This document shows positions 11,181-21,863 of a stretch of DNA of 64,000 bases, piece by piece. Below the pieces are notes generated by a model. That model was not told the DNA's origin. It was given only the letters and a program-made list of their open reading frames with translations, and ran no database searches. A program made the position numbers and the translations under genes. Source of the stretch: Rhynchopus sp. YZ270_cl-10 (taxonomy: Eukaryota). Location: the NCBI GenBank assembly GCA_964035575.1, contig OZ037837.1, positions 1,922,001-1,986,000 of the forward strand, in the 5' to 3' direction. Positions within the stretch are counted from its first letter, which is position 1; each line of letters opens with the position of its first letter.

Positions 11181-12944
11181 ATGCAATGTCTCAATGCAGT
11201 GCTGTCGATGGACGGGACACTCAGCAGCAAGGCCAGAGAGAGGCGCACCATGTTCTTTGTCGGTGCCAGTGTGGCTCTTTGCTTGACTTTGATGAACTTC
11301 GCATTATCAGTTCGACTGCAGCTGGCACACATATATTATCTTACCGGGACGGTGTTCACCACTTTAGGGTTTGTTGTTGCTGTTTGTGCAGTTCTGTTCA
11401 AGATTCCATTGAAAACAGGTCCTGTGGTATGTTCGTTGTACTTAGTCACATGTGGTATATTGCTATGGGATATTAGTGCACGTACAGTCTTATCAGTACA
11501 CTGGCCGTTGCTTGTGCTCGTAATCGACATGTTGCTTGTGATGCGGGTGCCTGCACGGTACAGCTTGGGACTCGTCTGTTTTTTAGTCATGTGGCTTCTC
11601 CTGCTTGGTGTTGAGGAGAGCTTCAGGTTTGGTCTGTTTGATATACCAGGAATGCCACCACAAGAGGGCGAGCACGGGCGACGGTACTTTGCTCGACTGG
11701 AGACTGACTGCAGCACTCTGCCGTGTCCAGTGCCCTTTCCTTCTAGTCCCTTAATCTCATCCATTGCTGTATTTGTTCTGGACTTCATCACGACCCGAGG
11801 CTTCGCACACGAAGTGCTGAAGGAGCAGGCATCAATGGAGCGGACGATCAACACTGTGCAGGAGATTGCCTCACTCCTGGCTTCCTACGACGTGGAGAAG
11901 GTGGCAGAGCTGCTGGAGGCACACAGAGACGAGCTGCCTGAGGGGATGAGTGCGGCACTGCGTGCGTTGGAGAAGAACCTGCGGTCATACAAAGCGTACC
12001 TGCCTCAGACGTGTCTGCTTGTGGGTGAAGAAGTGGTTGATGAAGGCAGCGAAGTGCAGTCTGACAGTGGACGCATCACAGATACGCTTTCTTCAAGTTA
12101 CCATTCTGAAAGTGAACATTCTGCAAAAATGCGTTACGTTCCTCTTGGGCTGTCGTCTGTGAAGGCCACGCTGCTGACGGTGAACATCAAAGACACGTTG
12201 CGTTTCTTGGATGAGGACTGTGCACACTTCTCCTCCTTCTTCACAACTCTTCTTTTGAAGACGTTGAAAGCAACAGAAACCCTGCATGGGATGGTGGACG
12301 TGTTCGTCGGTGACAAGGTGCACTGCTCCTTCAACACGTCAAAGAGATGTGCGAACCACGCCACCTCAGCACTGCGCACTGCTTCGATGCTGCTGCGGGG
12401 TTCCACATCGCAGGTGAACATCGGTGTTGCATCTGGGAAGGTGCTGCGTGGTGAGATGGGATGTGACGTGATGCGCCGCTTCAGCATGGTGGGCACACTT
12501 GTGCGTGACGTGCATGGGATGGAACGTGCAGGACGTATCCTTGGCTGCGACGTGCTCTGCAACCGTATGTGCTTCAGCGATGCCGAGTGTGAACACGTGC
12601 TGCGCTTGCTTCCGTGCAAGGTGGACGTGTCTGCGACCTGTGCGGAACATGAAGTGGTGGCTGAGCTTCTTCTGCACGACACACCTTCGGACAGTCCTGC
12701 AGAGGAATGGATGTACACCGTCGGGAGGAACAGTGAGTGGGAGCACTACAACACAGCAGTGCGGAAGTACCTGAGAGGCGACGTGTCTGCTGCAGCAGTT
12801 GAAGAGGCTGCACAGGGTTGTCCTTGTTCACGGAGCCCGTTGAGCGTGCATCCCTCCACAGTGAAGGGTGGGCTTCTGAGCGTGGCCTTGGCACGACCGC
12901 TGCAGGACAATGAACGGGCTGATGGAGTTGATAACGTCTGCTAG
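11181..12944 (+). CDS. Multi-TM class III cyclase-like protein (copy 3)
   Basis: 587-aa ORF. The C-terminal half is nearly identical to copy 1; the N-terminal TM region is divergent. Confidence 0.85.
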   Translation: MQCLNAVLSMDGTLSSKARERRTMFFVGASVALCLTLMNFALSVRLQLAHIYYLTGTVFTTLGFVVAVCAVLFKIPLKTGPVVCSLYLVTCGILLWDISARTVLSVHWPLLVLVIDMLLVMRVPARYSLGLVCFLVMWLLLLGVEESFRFGLFDIPGMPPQEGEHGRRYFARLETDCSTLPCPVPFPSSPLISSIAVFVLDFITTRGFAHEVLKEQASMERTINTVQEIASLLASYDVEKVAELLEAHRDELPEGMSAALRALEKNLRSYKAYLPQTCLLVGEEVVDEGSEVQSDSGRITDTLSSSYHSESEHSAKMRYVPLGLSSVKATLLTVNIKDTLRFLDEDCAHFSSFFTTLLLKTLKATETLHGMVDVFVGDKVHCSFNTSKRCANHATSALRTASMLLRGSTSQVNIGVASGKVLRGEMGCDVMRRFSMVGTLVRDVHGMERAGRILGCDVLCNRMCFSDAECEHVLRLLPCKVDVSATCAEHEVVAELLLHDTPSDSPAEEWMYTVGRNSEWEHYNTAVRKYLRGDVSAAAVEEAAQGCPCSRSPLSVHPSTVKGGLLSVALARPLQDNERADGVDNVC

Positions 12945-13507
12945 TTGCTGCAGGATCATGCAGGGAATACGGTCACGAGAGGATGCTGTTCTTGAGGCTG
13001 TCGTTGTGTGGCTCACGATTGTTGCTAGCCTAGGCGGTTTAGAATCTGGATGCACTGAGGCCTTTTGGTGTAAAACATATCTTAGCTTCCAACAGTGAAG
13101 CGCTCAGTATTAATCTTTTCACAGTTCTACTGTGCTAGAAGGTCGTCTCATCTTCTAAATATGTTCCGTATTTTCCACTTTCTGAAATACTGGTTTCAGA
13201 TCTTTTACACCGGTAGTGGTGCCACTCCTTACATGTCGCACAAGTTTGCTTTGGTATTTCTATACCAAGCTGTAATACAATTTGTACCTAATTCGATGTT
13301 TTCATGATCATTTTTTGTTGGCTAAAAAAAAGTTGGAGGTGCTACGTGAGGGAATAATGGGAAAGACTTCAAAGTGGAGCTTGCACAGGTGGCAACTACA
13401 TTTCGAATATTTTATCACAAAGAGAATCCTTTGACAATTCCTCTAATTTTGCTGCTGTGCCCACCGAAGACCACAGACCTCCCTCAGCACCCATTCAGGA
13501 GTACACA

Positions 13508-14572
13508 ATGCAAGCCTCTCGCATGAGCGCAAACGTGGCTGCGCTGAATGTAATGAAGGGAGGTGCCTTTTACAACAGACACAGTGCGTTCCAGACGAAG
13601 TGCCAGGAGCACATGATGCCTTATGTGCTGCGTGCTGCAGCTGCGTCTGTCCCGGACACATGCAGTGTGTGGCGCATGGCGGACCTGGGGTGCAGCCAGG
13701 GGGCGAACTCCATCGGCCCTGTGTCAGCCTGTGTCGCAGCTGTGCGTGCACAGGTGCCGGATGTGCCTGTCACTGTGCTGCATGGTGACCTGCCTGCGAA
13801 CGACCACGCGTCCCTCGTGCACACCATCAACGCAGGCTACGCAGCAACCCCAAACCTCTTTGCAAGCATCGTCGGCCGCTCCTACTACGAACGCCTCGTG
13901 CCGCCAAACGAGCTGGACCTGGTGCTCGCATTCGTGACGCTTCATTGGCTCGCCTCACCTCCGTCCTACGCACACCCTGCAGCCTTCTACCCGGCACACC
14001 CAAAGGTCAGCAGCGACGAGCTGGAGACCGTTCGCCTCCAGGCACGCACACAGCTGCGCCGCTTCCTTGAACTCCGTGCAGTGGAATGCCGTTCTGGCGC
14101 ACGCCTTGTCCTGAGCATGGTTGCCAGCGACGACGCGGGATGGGGAAACTGCCACTGCCACCACCTGATGGAAGGGGTGTACCGCGACCTGGTGGATGAG
14201 AGCATCGTGCGTGCCGAAGATGTGTCGTGTGTCGTGGTGCCTGAGTACATGCGGCGGCGGTGCGACATCGAGGACGCACTGCAGGGTGCGGCTATGGACA
14301 GCTTCTCCGTAGACTGCGTCGAGACGACGTTCGTGACGTGCCCGCATCGCGAGCGCGAGCAGCGTGGCGAGATCACAAACGCAGAAGCAACTGCACTGGT
14401 TGTGGGGTCCTACCTTGCAGTCTTTGAGAACGCGCTGCTCGGGACACGTCTTGCAGAGCACCCGACGATACGCCACGAAATCCAGACACGGCTTGCACAG
14501 AAACTAACAGAGTCGGGCGACACCCTTGGCTTCGGTTGGCACCACGCCTTCGTGGGGCTCACGCGTGTGTGA
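13508..14572 (+). CDS. SABATH-family SAM-dependent carboxyl methyltransferase (Methyltransf_7-like)
   Basis: Motifs MKGGAFYNRHSAFQ, ADLGCSQGANS, DLPAND, GRSYYERLVP, TLHWL and FLELRAVE match SAMT/JMT-type signatures. First ATG at 13508. Confidence 0.88.
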   Translation: MQASRMSANVAALNVMKGGAFYNRHSAFQTKCQEHMMPYVLRAAAASVPDTCSVWRMADLGCSQGANSIGPVSACVAAVRAQVPDVPVTVLHGDLPANDHASLVHTINAGYAATPNLFASIVGRSYYERLVPPNELDLVLAFVTLHWLASPPSYAHPAAFYPAHPKVSSDELETVRLQARTQLRRFLELRAVECRSGARLVLSMVASDDAGWGNCHCHHLMEGVYRDLVDESIVRAEDVSCVVVPEYMRRRCDIEDALQGAAMDSFSVDCVETTFVTCPHREREQRGEITNAEATALVVGSYLAVFENALLGTRLAEHPTIRHEIQTRLAQKLTESGDTLGFGWHHAFVGLTRV

Positions 14573-15730
14573 TGTGTTGAAGATTGAGATATGCGGGAAC
14601 AGTGTCCGCTGCCGTACCAAGTGGTGAGGTGGCGCATGCGTATCAGAACGTTTCAGAGAGAGCGGGTCGCGTAGGCAGAGGAGAAGAGAGGAGGGGCAAG
14701 TGGTAACTCTGCCCCGTTTAGTTGTTATGTCGTGGATATTGACGGTGCACCACGGTTGGTGTGTAGGCTACAGCGACATGAACTGCATGGCGTGCTTCAT
14801 GATGTTATCTCGTCATCGCAGTAAAGTGTGATCTGTGTGAGGAAGCGCTTACAGCATTTCAACGTCTCTCCCTTGCTTTTTTTTTACCCCGTTTTGAGAA
14901 TTAACAGAGTGTGTACGTTAAAGTGCGATAAAAAAACGAAAAAGGTTGTTTTTTATATTCGATCAACTCGTCGAACTTCTTTACAATCAGTCTACCGTCG
15001 AAGGCACAACAGTGTGTGGAAGCGTCTACACATCAAATAACTACAAGGGGGTGAGGAACGGTAAGTGACACTTTTTCGCAACAGTTTTTTTTGTACGAGT
15101 ATGCACAACGTCTGGATATGAAAGATGCGCTCTTCGGTTGTCATGAGTCTTACCGTTTTCCCCTTCCCCCCTTGTGCTCCACCTCTCCACCGTACTTCAG
15201 GACGCCGGTTTTCGGGGTTTTAAAATAAAAATCAAGGGGATATGGGAAGATGTGATATTTGACTTTACGGACTCATATTCACCAAGGGGTTTCAAACCAC
15301 CAAAAGAGCTGTTTGCCTTACCTGAAGTACGGACGAGGATGGATGCGATTAACAAAACAACAAACAACGAATAAATACTGAAGGGAAGGGTTATTTCATT
15401 TTTGTGGCTTTATTGGTAACCACTCCTTTCATTCCCTTCTCTTCCCTGGCAGCATTTTTCAGAAGCACAATGCATGCTTGACACTTGCAGCAATGCTGTG
15501 TGTCACGGACATCACAGCGCTTCCGCAAGCAGCACTTCAATCTACGCTCACCGCTTCCGTGACACCAGACCCGCCACTTCCATAATTATATTGTCACTCC
15601 CAAAAATGCATGCCGCCTTGTCAATGAGGCAAAGGGATACAGTGACGGGATATACTCCGTTCAGGCGTTACCCACTCTTAATCCGTTAACAAACACACCT
15701 CCCCACAGAACAGAGTTACTCCCCCTGAAC

Positions 15731-16828
15731 ATGGACATCACAGGATACTTCGAGTCTGCAAGTTGTGTGATAGAAGTGGACGAGAGCGCTCCCCTTGCAC
15801 AGGTGAAGGGGAAGCTTGTTGCGGAGCTTGGCGTGCCACGTGCTCGGCATGTTGGTGTGCGGATGAAAGGCGGTGGCGACATCGGCAACGACGACTTGCG
15901 CATCTGCGACACGGCGATGGATGAGGGATGTGCCGTTGAGCTGTACTGCACTGGCGCCAACATCACTCCTGGGGTGATACAAGGTTCGGAGGAGAAGTAC
16001 TCCTTCACACTCTCCCCGTGTGACAGGTACCTTGCGGTGACGCATTGTGATAATGATGTGGCCATCTTCGACACGGAAACACATGAGCGTCTGTGCCACT
16101 TCCCGTGCTTGTTATATTCCATCCCATCCTTCTCACCGTGCAGTCAGTGGATCTCAGGCGCGAACAAGGACACACAATGTGCTGAAGTTCATGACGTGAA
16201 GACAGGTGGCTTGAAGCACTCCTTTGGAGATGCAGGCGATTGGCGTACCACGGCATGGTCACCCTGTGGAACAAAGCTGTTGTCGTGCTCCGAGAACAAG
16301 GGTTTGCAGGTGTGGGATATTGCAACAGGCGTTGTTGTGCATGAATGGAGCCACATTGCGAAGTGCAAGTACGTCATGGTTGTGACAGGCGACAGGGTGG
16401 CGATGTTTGGCGTGCACAGCAAAGATGTCACCATCTGGGACTACACGACAGGGGTGGAGGTGCTTGTTCTGACATGCCCTGCGAATGTTGATTACGTAGC
16501 ACTGACACCAAACCAGCGTTTCATTGCATCATGTTGCAACAAATGTGTGCGTGTCTGGAACATCGAAACAGGTGAATGTGTATTTGAAGACGTCTCAGAA
16601 AACGACTGGATTGATGTTGCTGTGTCGAACGACATTGTTGCTTCCTACTCTGCCGCTACATTGTGCGTGTGGTCCATCTCAACAGGGAAGCAACTGTTAT
16701 GTCGTGACTTTGATGATAGCAATTCTTGCGGTCTTGCAATCAGCAGCTGTGGTGGTGTGGTGATGTACGGAGGGAGTGAGGGTGTTGAGATTGTTGACAC
16801 ACCTGTCTTGAACCCATCTCCACAATAG
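15731..16828 (+). CDS. N-terminal ubiquitin-like domain plus WD40-repeat beta-propeller protein
   Basis: 365 aa. The N-terminal ~75 aa look Ubl-like. Repeated FSPC/WSPC and VWDI, IWDY, VWNI, VWSI motifs follow. Confidence 0.85.
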   Translation: MDITGYFESASCVIEVDESAPLAQVKGKLVAELGVPRARHVGVRMKGGGDIGNDDLRICDTAMDEGCAVELYCTGANITPGVIQGSEEKYSFTLSPCDRYLAVTHCDNDVAIFDTETHERLCHFPCLLYSIPSFSPCSQWISGANKDTQCAEVHDVKTGGLKHSFGDAGDWRTTAWSPCGTKLLSCSENKGLQVWDIATGVVVHEWSHIAKCKYVMVVTGDRVAMFGVHSKDVTIWDYTTGVEVLVLTCPANVDYVALTPNQRFIASCCNKCVRVWNIETGECVFEDVSENDWIDVAVSNDIVASYSAATLCVWSISTGKQLLCRDFDDSNSCGLAISSCGGVVMYGGSEGVEIVDTPVLNPSPQ

Positions 16829-17153
16829 AATGGTGCCATCTGACTTCGCTTCCCTTTCCTGCACCTTGCCTGGGTAACTCCACGCGGGAATATACGCGAA
16901 GATAGATGCACGCGTCTGTCGTTGTGGGGGTGATTTGGCAATGGAGACCGCGCCGTTCCGCTGTGGCTTTTGTACAGACGAAGAACAACTACCCGTCATG
17001 GTGTGGGAAGGTGGGAGGACCTCTAACTGGGCGAGGAGTTATCTCTCCTGTTTTTGAAAATGACAACACATCTCGTTTCCTTCACAAGCACCACCCCACC
17101 CCTCTTCTACCTGCCCTCCCCACACACCAGTCCCCACAGAACCTCCCCTGAAC

Positions 17154-18253
17154 ATGGACATCACAGGACACTTCGAGTCTGCAAGCTGTGTGATAGAAGT
17201 GGACAAGAGCGCCACCCTTGCATAGGTGAAGGGGAAGCTTGTTGCGGAGCTTGGCGTGCCACGTGCTAGGCATGTTGGTGTGCAGATGAAAGGCGGTGGC
17301 GACATCGGCAACGACGACTTGCGCATCTGCGATACGGTGATGGATGAGGGTTGTGCCGTTGAGCTGTACTGCACTGGTGCCAACATCACTCCTGGGGTGA
17401 TACCAGCTTTGTGCGGCACATTCTCCCTCACACTCTCCCCGTGTGACAGGTACCTTGCTGTGATGTGGGAGAGGGGGTTCTGTCCATCTTCGACACGGAA
17501 ACACATGAGAATCTGTGCCACTTCCCTTACTTATTTGATGCCAGCCCATCCTTCTCACCATGCAGTCAGTGGATCTCATGCGCGAACAAGGACATACAAT
17601 GTGCTGAAGTTCATGACGTGGAGACAGGTGCATTGAAGCACTCCTTTGGAGATCCAGGTGATGAGAGGTTGTACACGGCATGGTCACCCTGTGGAACAAA
17701 GCTGTTGTCGTGCTCCAAGAACAAGGGTTTGCAGGTGTGGGATATTGCAACAGGCGTTGTTGTGCATGAATGGGACCATATTGGCGGGTCCGCCATGGTT
17801 GTGACAGGCGACAGGGTGGCGATGTGCGACAGCTGCAGGGTCACCATCAATATGTCACCAAAAGATGTAACCATCTGGGACTACACGACAGGGGTGGAGG
17901 TGCTTGTTCTGACATGCCCTTCTGATGTTAATTACGTAGCACTGACACCAAACCAGCGTTTCATTGCATCGTGTTGCAACAAATGTGTGCGTGTCTGGAA
18001 CATCGAAACAGGTGAATGTATATTTGAAGACGTCTCAGAAAACTACTGGACGAATGTTGCTTTGTCGAACGACATTGTTGCTGCCTACTCTTCCGCTACA
18101 TTGTGCGTGTGGTCCATCTCAACAGGGGAACAACTGTTATGTCGTGACTTTAATAGCCATTCTCGCGGTCTTGCAATCAGTAGCTGTGGTGGTGTGGTGA
18201 TGTACGGAGAAAATTATGGGTTTGAGATTGTTGACATCTCACACCTGTCTTGA
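17154..18253 (+). pseudogene. Disrupted tandem paralog of the Ubl-WD40 gene
   Basis: ATG at 17154 is homologous to 15731. In-frame TAG at 17223-17225 (CAG in the paralog), and a frameshift near 17465-17480. Confidence 0.8.
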
Positions 18254-18603
18254 ATTCCGTCTTTTTAGTATGATGTAGAACATCCGAGACAGAATCGCTT
18301 AGCGTTTATTACAAAAAGGAAGAACAAAAGCAATGTAGTTTTCAACTGGGACTCTAACAAGGCATGTGTTCACTTCTACTGTGACTGAGTGTGGCCCCCC
18401 CCCAAAACCCCCTTTCCGTCTCTGGGTTTTCTTTATCCAAACGTCGAGTGGATGTGTAGTAATTTTCCCTCCTCCTTCCTCCTCATCCTCCTTTTATTCA
18501 CCCCTCCCCTCCCCTCCCCTCCCTCCCCGACCAATCACGACCCCTTCAGGCATATCTTCACACAACACCCCTCCCCCCATCTTGGGGGATCTACACTTCA
18601 GGG

Positions 18604-20460
18604 ATGCACCCGATTGCTCAGTTTGTTCTCTGTATGATGTGTCTCAGTGTACCCGCCTCTGCGAGCTTTGAACTACGTCAGGCAGGCCTGCGACGCTGGA
18701 GCACCGAGCGCAGTCGTGACTATCTTGCGGAGATTGCAGACCGTCATCCGCAGGCAGCCTCCGTTGGGCGTGCAGTGTGCATCAAGGTGCTTGACCCGGA
18801 GGACCGCTGGATGTGCGGCAAGCGAGGTGCCTGGCTTGCACTCCGCATGCTTCAATGGTCGGAAACATCACGACTCCTCTCTAACCTGCAGACAACCGAC
18901 GCAGACAAAACCCATCAAAGCGGCGTCCGCGTTATAGTAAAAAACGGAAAAATCCGGCTCTGGCAGTACATCGGGGGCCACTCTGATTCACGAGAGAACA
19001 AAGTGAACGCTTTCTTGGGGAAAATGCTTGAGGGCATTCGCGGTGGTGTATTACCTGAGACAGCCGCCTTCGATGTTCTGGCAAGCTTTGGGGATGTGGA
19101 GGACTGCAGTACCCTTGACGACGCCTCTCTTCCGGTCTACCCTGTGGTACGTTACTCCATGAGCGCGTCGTGTGCACATCACATTCCTCTGCCATTCGCA
19201 GAGGCGCTCCAATCAGAATCCTTCACCACCACGCGACCGTACAAAGCATTTGCCAATCTCAAGCCCACAGCGATCTTCCGTGGCGCGCACTACAACCCAA
19301 CCAGAACGTACCTCGCAGTGCTCTCTGTCCTGGGTGCTGTGCCGTTGGACGTCGGGCTGACCCCGTCGTCCGTTGATGAGGCTCGCTGCAAGGCTGAGGT
19401 AGAGGAGTTTTTCGCTAAGGGCATGCTCCCTGCTGATGCGTTGGTAAGATTTGGCAGTATAGATAAAATCTGTGACATCCCTTCTGAGACAATAAGCGTC
19501 CCCCGCCCGCAGCTTTCCTCATTGAAGCAAGCCAACCTAACCAGAACGATAAAGGTCCACTCAGACCGCACCGTGGCTGGGACCGTCCTCAACATGGATT
19601 CCTTGATGGAGCACAAATACGTCATTGTGGTTGACGGTCATGGTGCGGCACTCCGCTTTGCAGAGCATATGCGTGGACCTGGTGTGGTCCTGCACATCCC
19701 ACACCCAGAGCACCCCATGCAGGAGTATTTCTTCCCCGACCTCGTCCCCTGGGTGCACTACGTTCCGTTGACCGCAGACCACACTCGGCTGCTGCACAAC
19801 ATAACAGAGACTTTGGAGTTTCTCGACAAAAACGTTGACATCGCCGAGAGCATCGCATCCGAGAGTACACGATGGGTGAACCGCCACAAAAGCCATGCCT
19901 CAGACCATCGACAGTGGAAGCTATACTACAAATTCATGCAAACCAAGTGGGACCGGCGTTCGCAGTACCCTCGGTTTGACCCGATCAACTTGGAGTGCGC
20001 GGGGTGCACCTCGTTGGGTGAAATCAGTCGGAAGTCAACTATTGCAGAAGAGGTATTCCGACGTACATGTGGTGGGGAAGGACTCACAGACGAGCTGACA
20101 GCAGAGTCTGAGGTACCATACTACCGTGCGCCTTCTGTGATGCGTCTGTGCCATGCCGCACGCAACAATTCGAACCCAATAAAGACGTGGACGTCCACTC
20201 TCCAGATGGCTCCTGCACCCACACACACACCCCAATCTGCAACGGATACCCCAAAAATTCAAGCAAAAACGGAAGCCACACCTACCCCAATAGTGATGAC
20301 GCCGACCCCCACAGAGGGCCACAAAGCCGCACCGTACGTGTCCTCCCCCATGGTGTGGGTGCTCGGAGGTGCGGGCGCCTTTGCCCTCTTTCGGGCAGGG
20401 TACCGGAAGGCGATTCTTGTAGCGGTTGTATGGTGCTGTCTTGTCGGCGCTATTGTCTAG
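18604..20460 (+). CDS. Glycosyltransferase family 90 (CAP10/KDELC/POGLUT-like) with signal peptide, Pro/Thr stalk and C-terminal hydrophobic anchor
   Basis: Motifs AIFRGA, HKYVIVVDGHGAALRF, EYFFPDLVPWVHYVP and AESIA are typical of Glyco_transf_90. Confidence 0.8.
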   Translation: MHPIAQFVLCMMCLSVPASASFELRQAGLRRWSTERSRDYLAEIADRHPQAASVGRAVCIKVLDPEDRWMCGKRGAWLALRMLQWSETSRLLSNLQTTDADKTHQSGVRVIVKNGKIRLWQYIGGHSDSRENKVNAFLGKMLEGIRGGVLPETAAFDVLASFGDVEDCSTLDDASLPVYPVVRYSMSASCAHHIPLPFAEALQSESFTTTRPYKAFANLKPTAIFRGAHYNPTRTYLAVLSVLGAVPLDVGLTPSSVDEARCKAEVEEFFAKGMLPADALVRFGSIDKICDIPSETISVPRPQLSSLKQANLTRTIKVHSDRTVAGTVLNMDSLMEHKYVIVVDGHGAALRFAEHMRGPGVVLHIPHPEHPMQEYFFPDLVPWVHYVPLTADHTRLLHNITETLEFLDKNVDIAESIASESTRWVNRHKSHASDHRQWKLYYKFMQTKWDRRSQYPRFDPINLECAGCTSLGEISRKSTIAEEVFRRTCGGEGLTDELTAESEVPYYRAPSVMRLCHAARNNSNPIKTWTSTLQMAPAPTHTPQSATDTPKIQAKTEATPTPIVMTPTPTEGHKAAPYVSSPMVWVLGGAGAFALFRAGYRKAILVAVVWCCLVGAIV

Positions 20461-20837
20461 GGATCCTGTGTGGCTGAACGCAGCTATTTTGCCCACTAGA
20501 AATCCAGAATAGTGTACCTCACAGGAAAAACCCCCTTCACTAAAAGTCCACAAAAAGTGTACACTTTCTTTATGCTCGGCAACACCACGTTAGCAAAAGG
20601 TATGAAAAAAGCAGGTGTACAGACTCCTTGAAGGTTCGAAGGTGGTGTTGTGTGTGGTGCCCAAAGCAATACTCCGTTTTTCCTTGTGAAAAAAGCTGTT
20701 GGAGGTTTAGTGAAGCGCGTAAAGCAGTCAGCACCGTTGTGCTTTTTGAGGGGGGGTGTTTTTTTTTTTTTTGGCAAAAATGGAAGGGAGACTAGAAATA
20801 ATAGGCATCCAAACTATGATAGGGGGGCCCCAACATA

Positions 20838-20941
20838 CCTAGAAAGCGAATATGATATTCGCCCTATATTCGGATCCGAATATAGGCGAATATGCCATAT
20901 TCGGATCCGAATGTAGGGCGAATACGATATCGCCTTCTAGG
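20838..20941. mobile_element. Tiny near-palindromic foldback element (~104 bp)
   Basis: CCTAGAA...TTCTAGG flanked by TA on both sides. Almost the whole element is self-complementary, with two ATTCGGATCCGAAT palindromes. Confidence 0.75.
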
Positions 20942-21863
20942 TATGCCCAAAGGGGGAGGGCATAGAAATACTGTGTAGTATTTTTGAAGTGGTTTTCTTT
21001 GAACACATTTCCGGCTGTACTATTGAGTAATACCCTCGTCGGGGAGGGTCCATGCTGGTGGGGATACAATGGGGTGGTTAGGGGGGTAACGTAGTACACA
21101 TGTCTGCAGACATTTGGGGATGGAGAAACCATGATGTGAATATCATAAGGAGTTAAAGGGGACAGAAGTGTTTCCTTTTTTCTTATCGTTTTTGGTGTAA
21201 GCGTGACTTTTGACAGCCGTTTTTTTTGGTACCCTAAACTGAACATAATACTTCTCCAAATAAATGAATTGTATTACGGAAATAATTCTTTTTGTGATCT
21301 CTCAGTTTCCGTTCCATATATTTCGCTTTGTTTGGAGGCATTATTTATCCTGCGCCTGCGTCCGGTGTCCCGGTAAGGGTTTTGCACTTTCAACTTCTCT
21401 TTTCTTTTATCAAAATGCCATCTGGGTCTGCTCGGTGCACGTTTGCTGCTTCGCAATGCTGTGCACGAGGTACCCTTCTTCTTTCGTTTCTTTTTTTTTT
21501 GATTGATTTGTTTCCAAATTTTGCATTTATGTTGCCATTAGATAATGCCTTAAAAGAAGCCATCATGCAGGGACGCCAAAATAACGATTATTTGATTCTT
21601 TTCCCACAACCTTCAAGCATGGGTTACCCCATATCAACAGCGTGCCCCAATTTGTCCTTCCTGCGCTGCTTTTTTTTTTCGCTGCGCGAAATTGACATTC
21701 TCTTGACCTCTGTGAGGGGCAGTGTCGCTATAGGTTTGGAGCTGTGCAGGTTGTCATTCGCATTCAATTGGATATTATTCCCACACCAGAAAATTATCTA
21801 CCCTGCTGTACCTGACCACTCTGTATCATCACACAACATCAACAACACAGAAAGCAGAAAACC

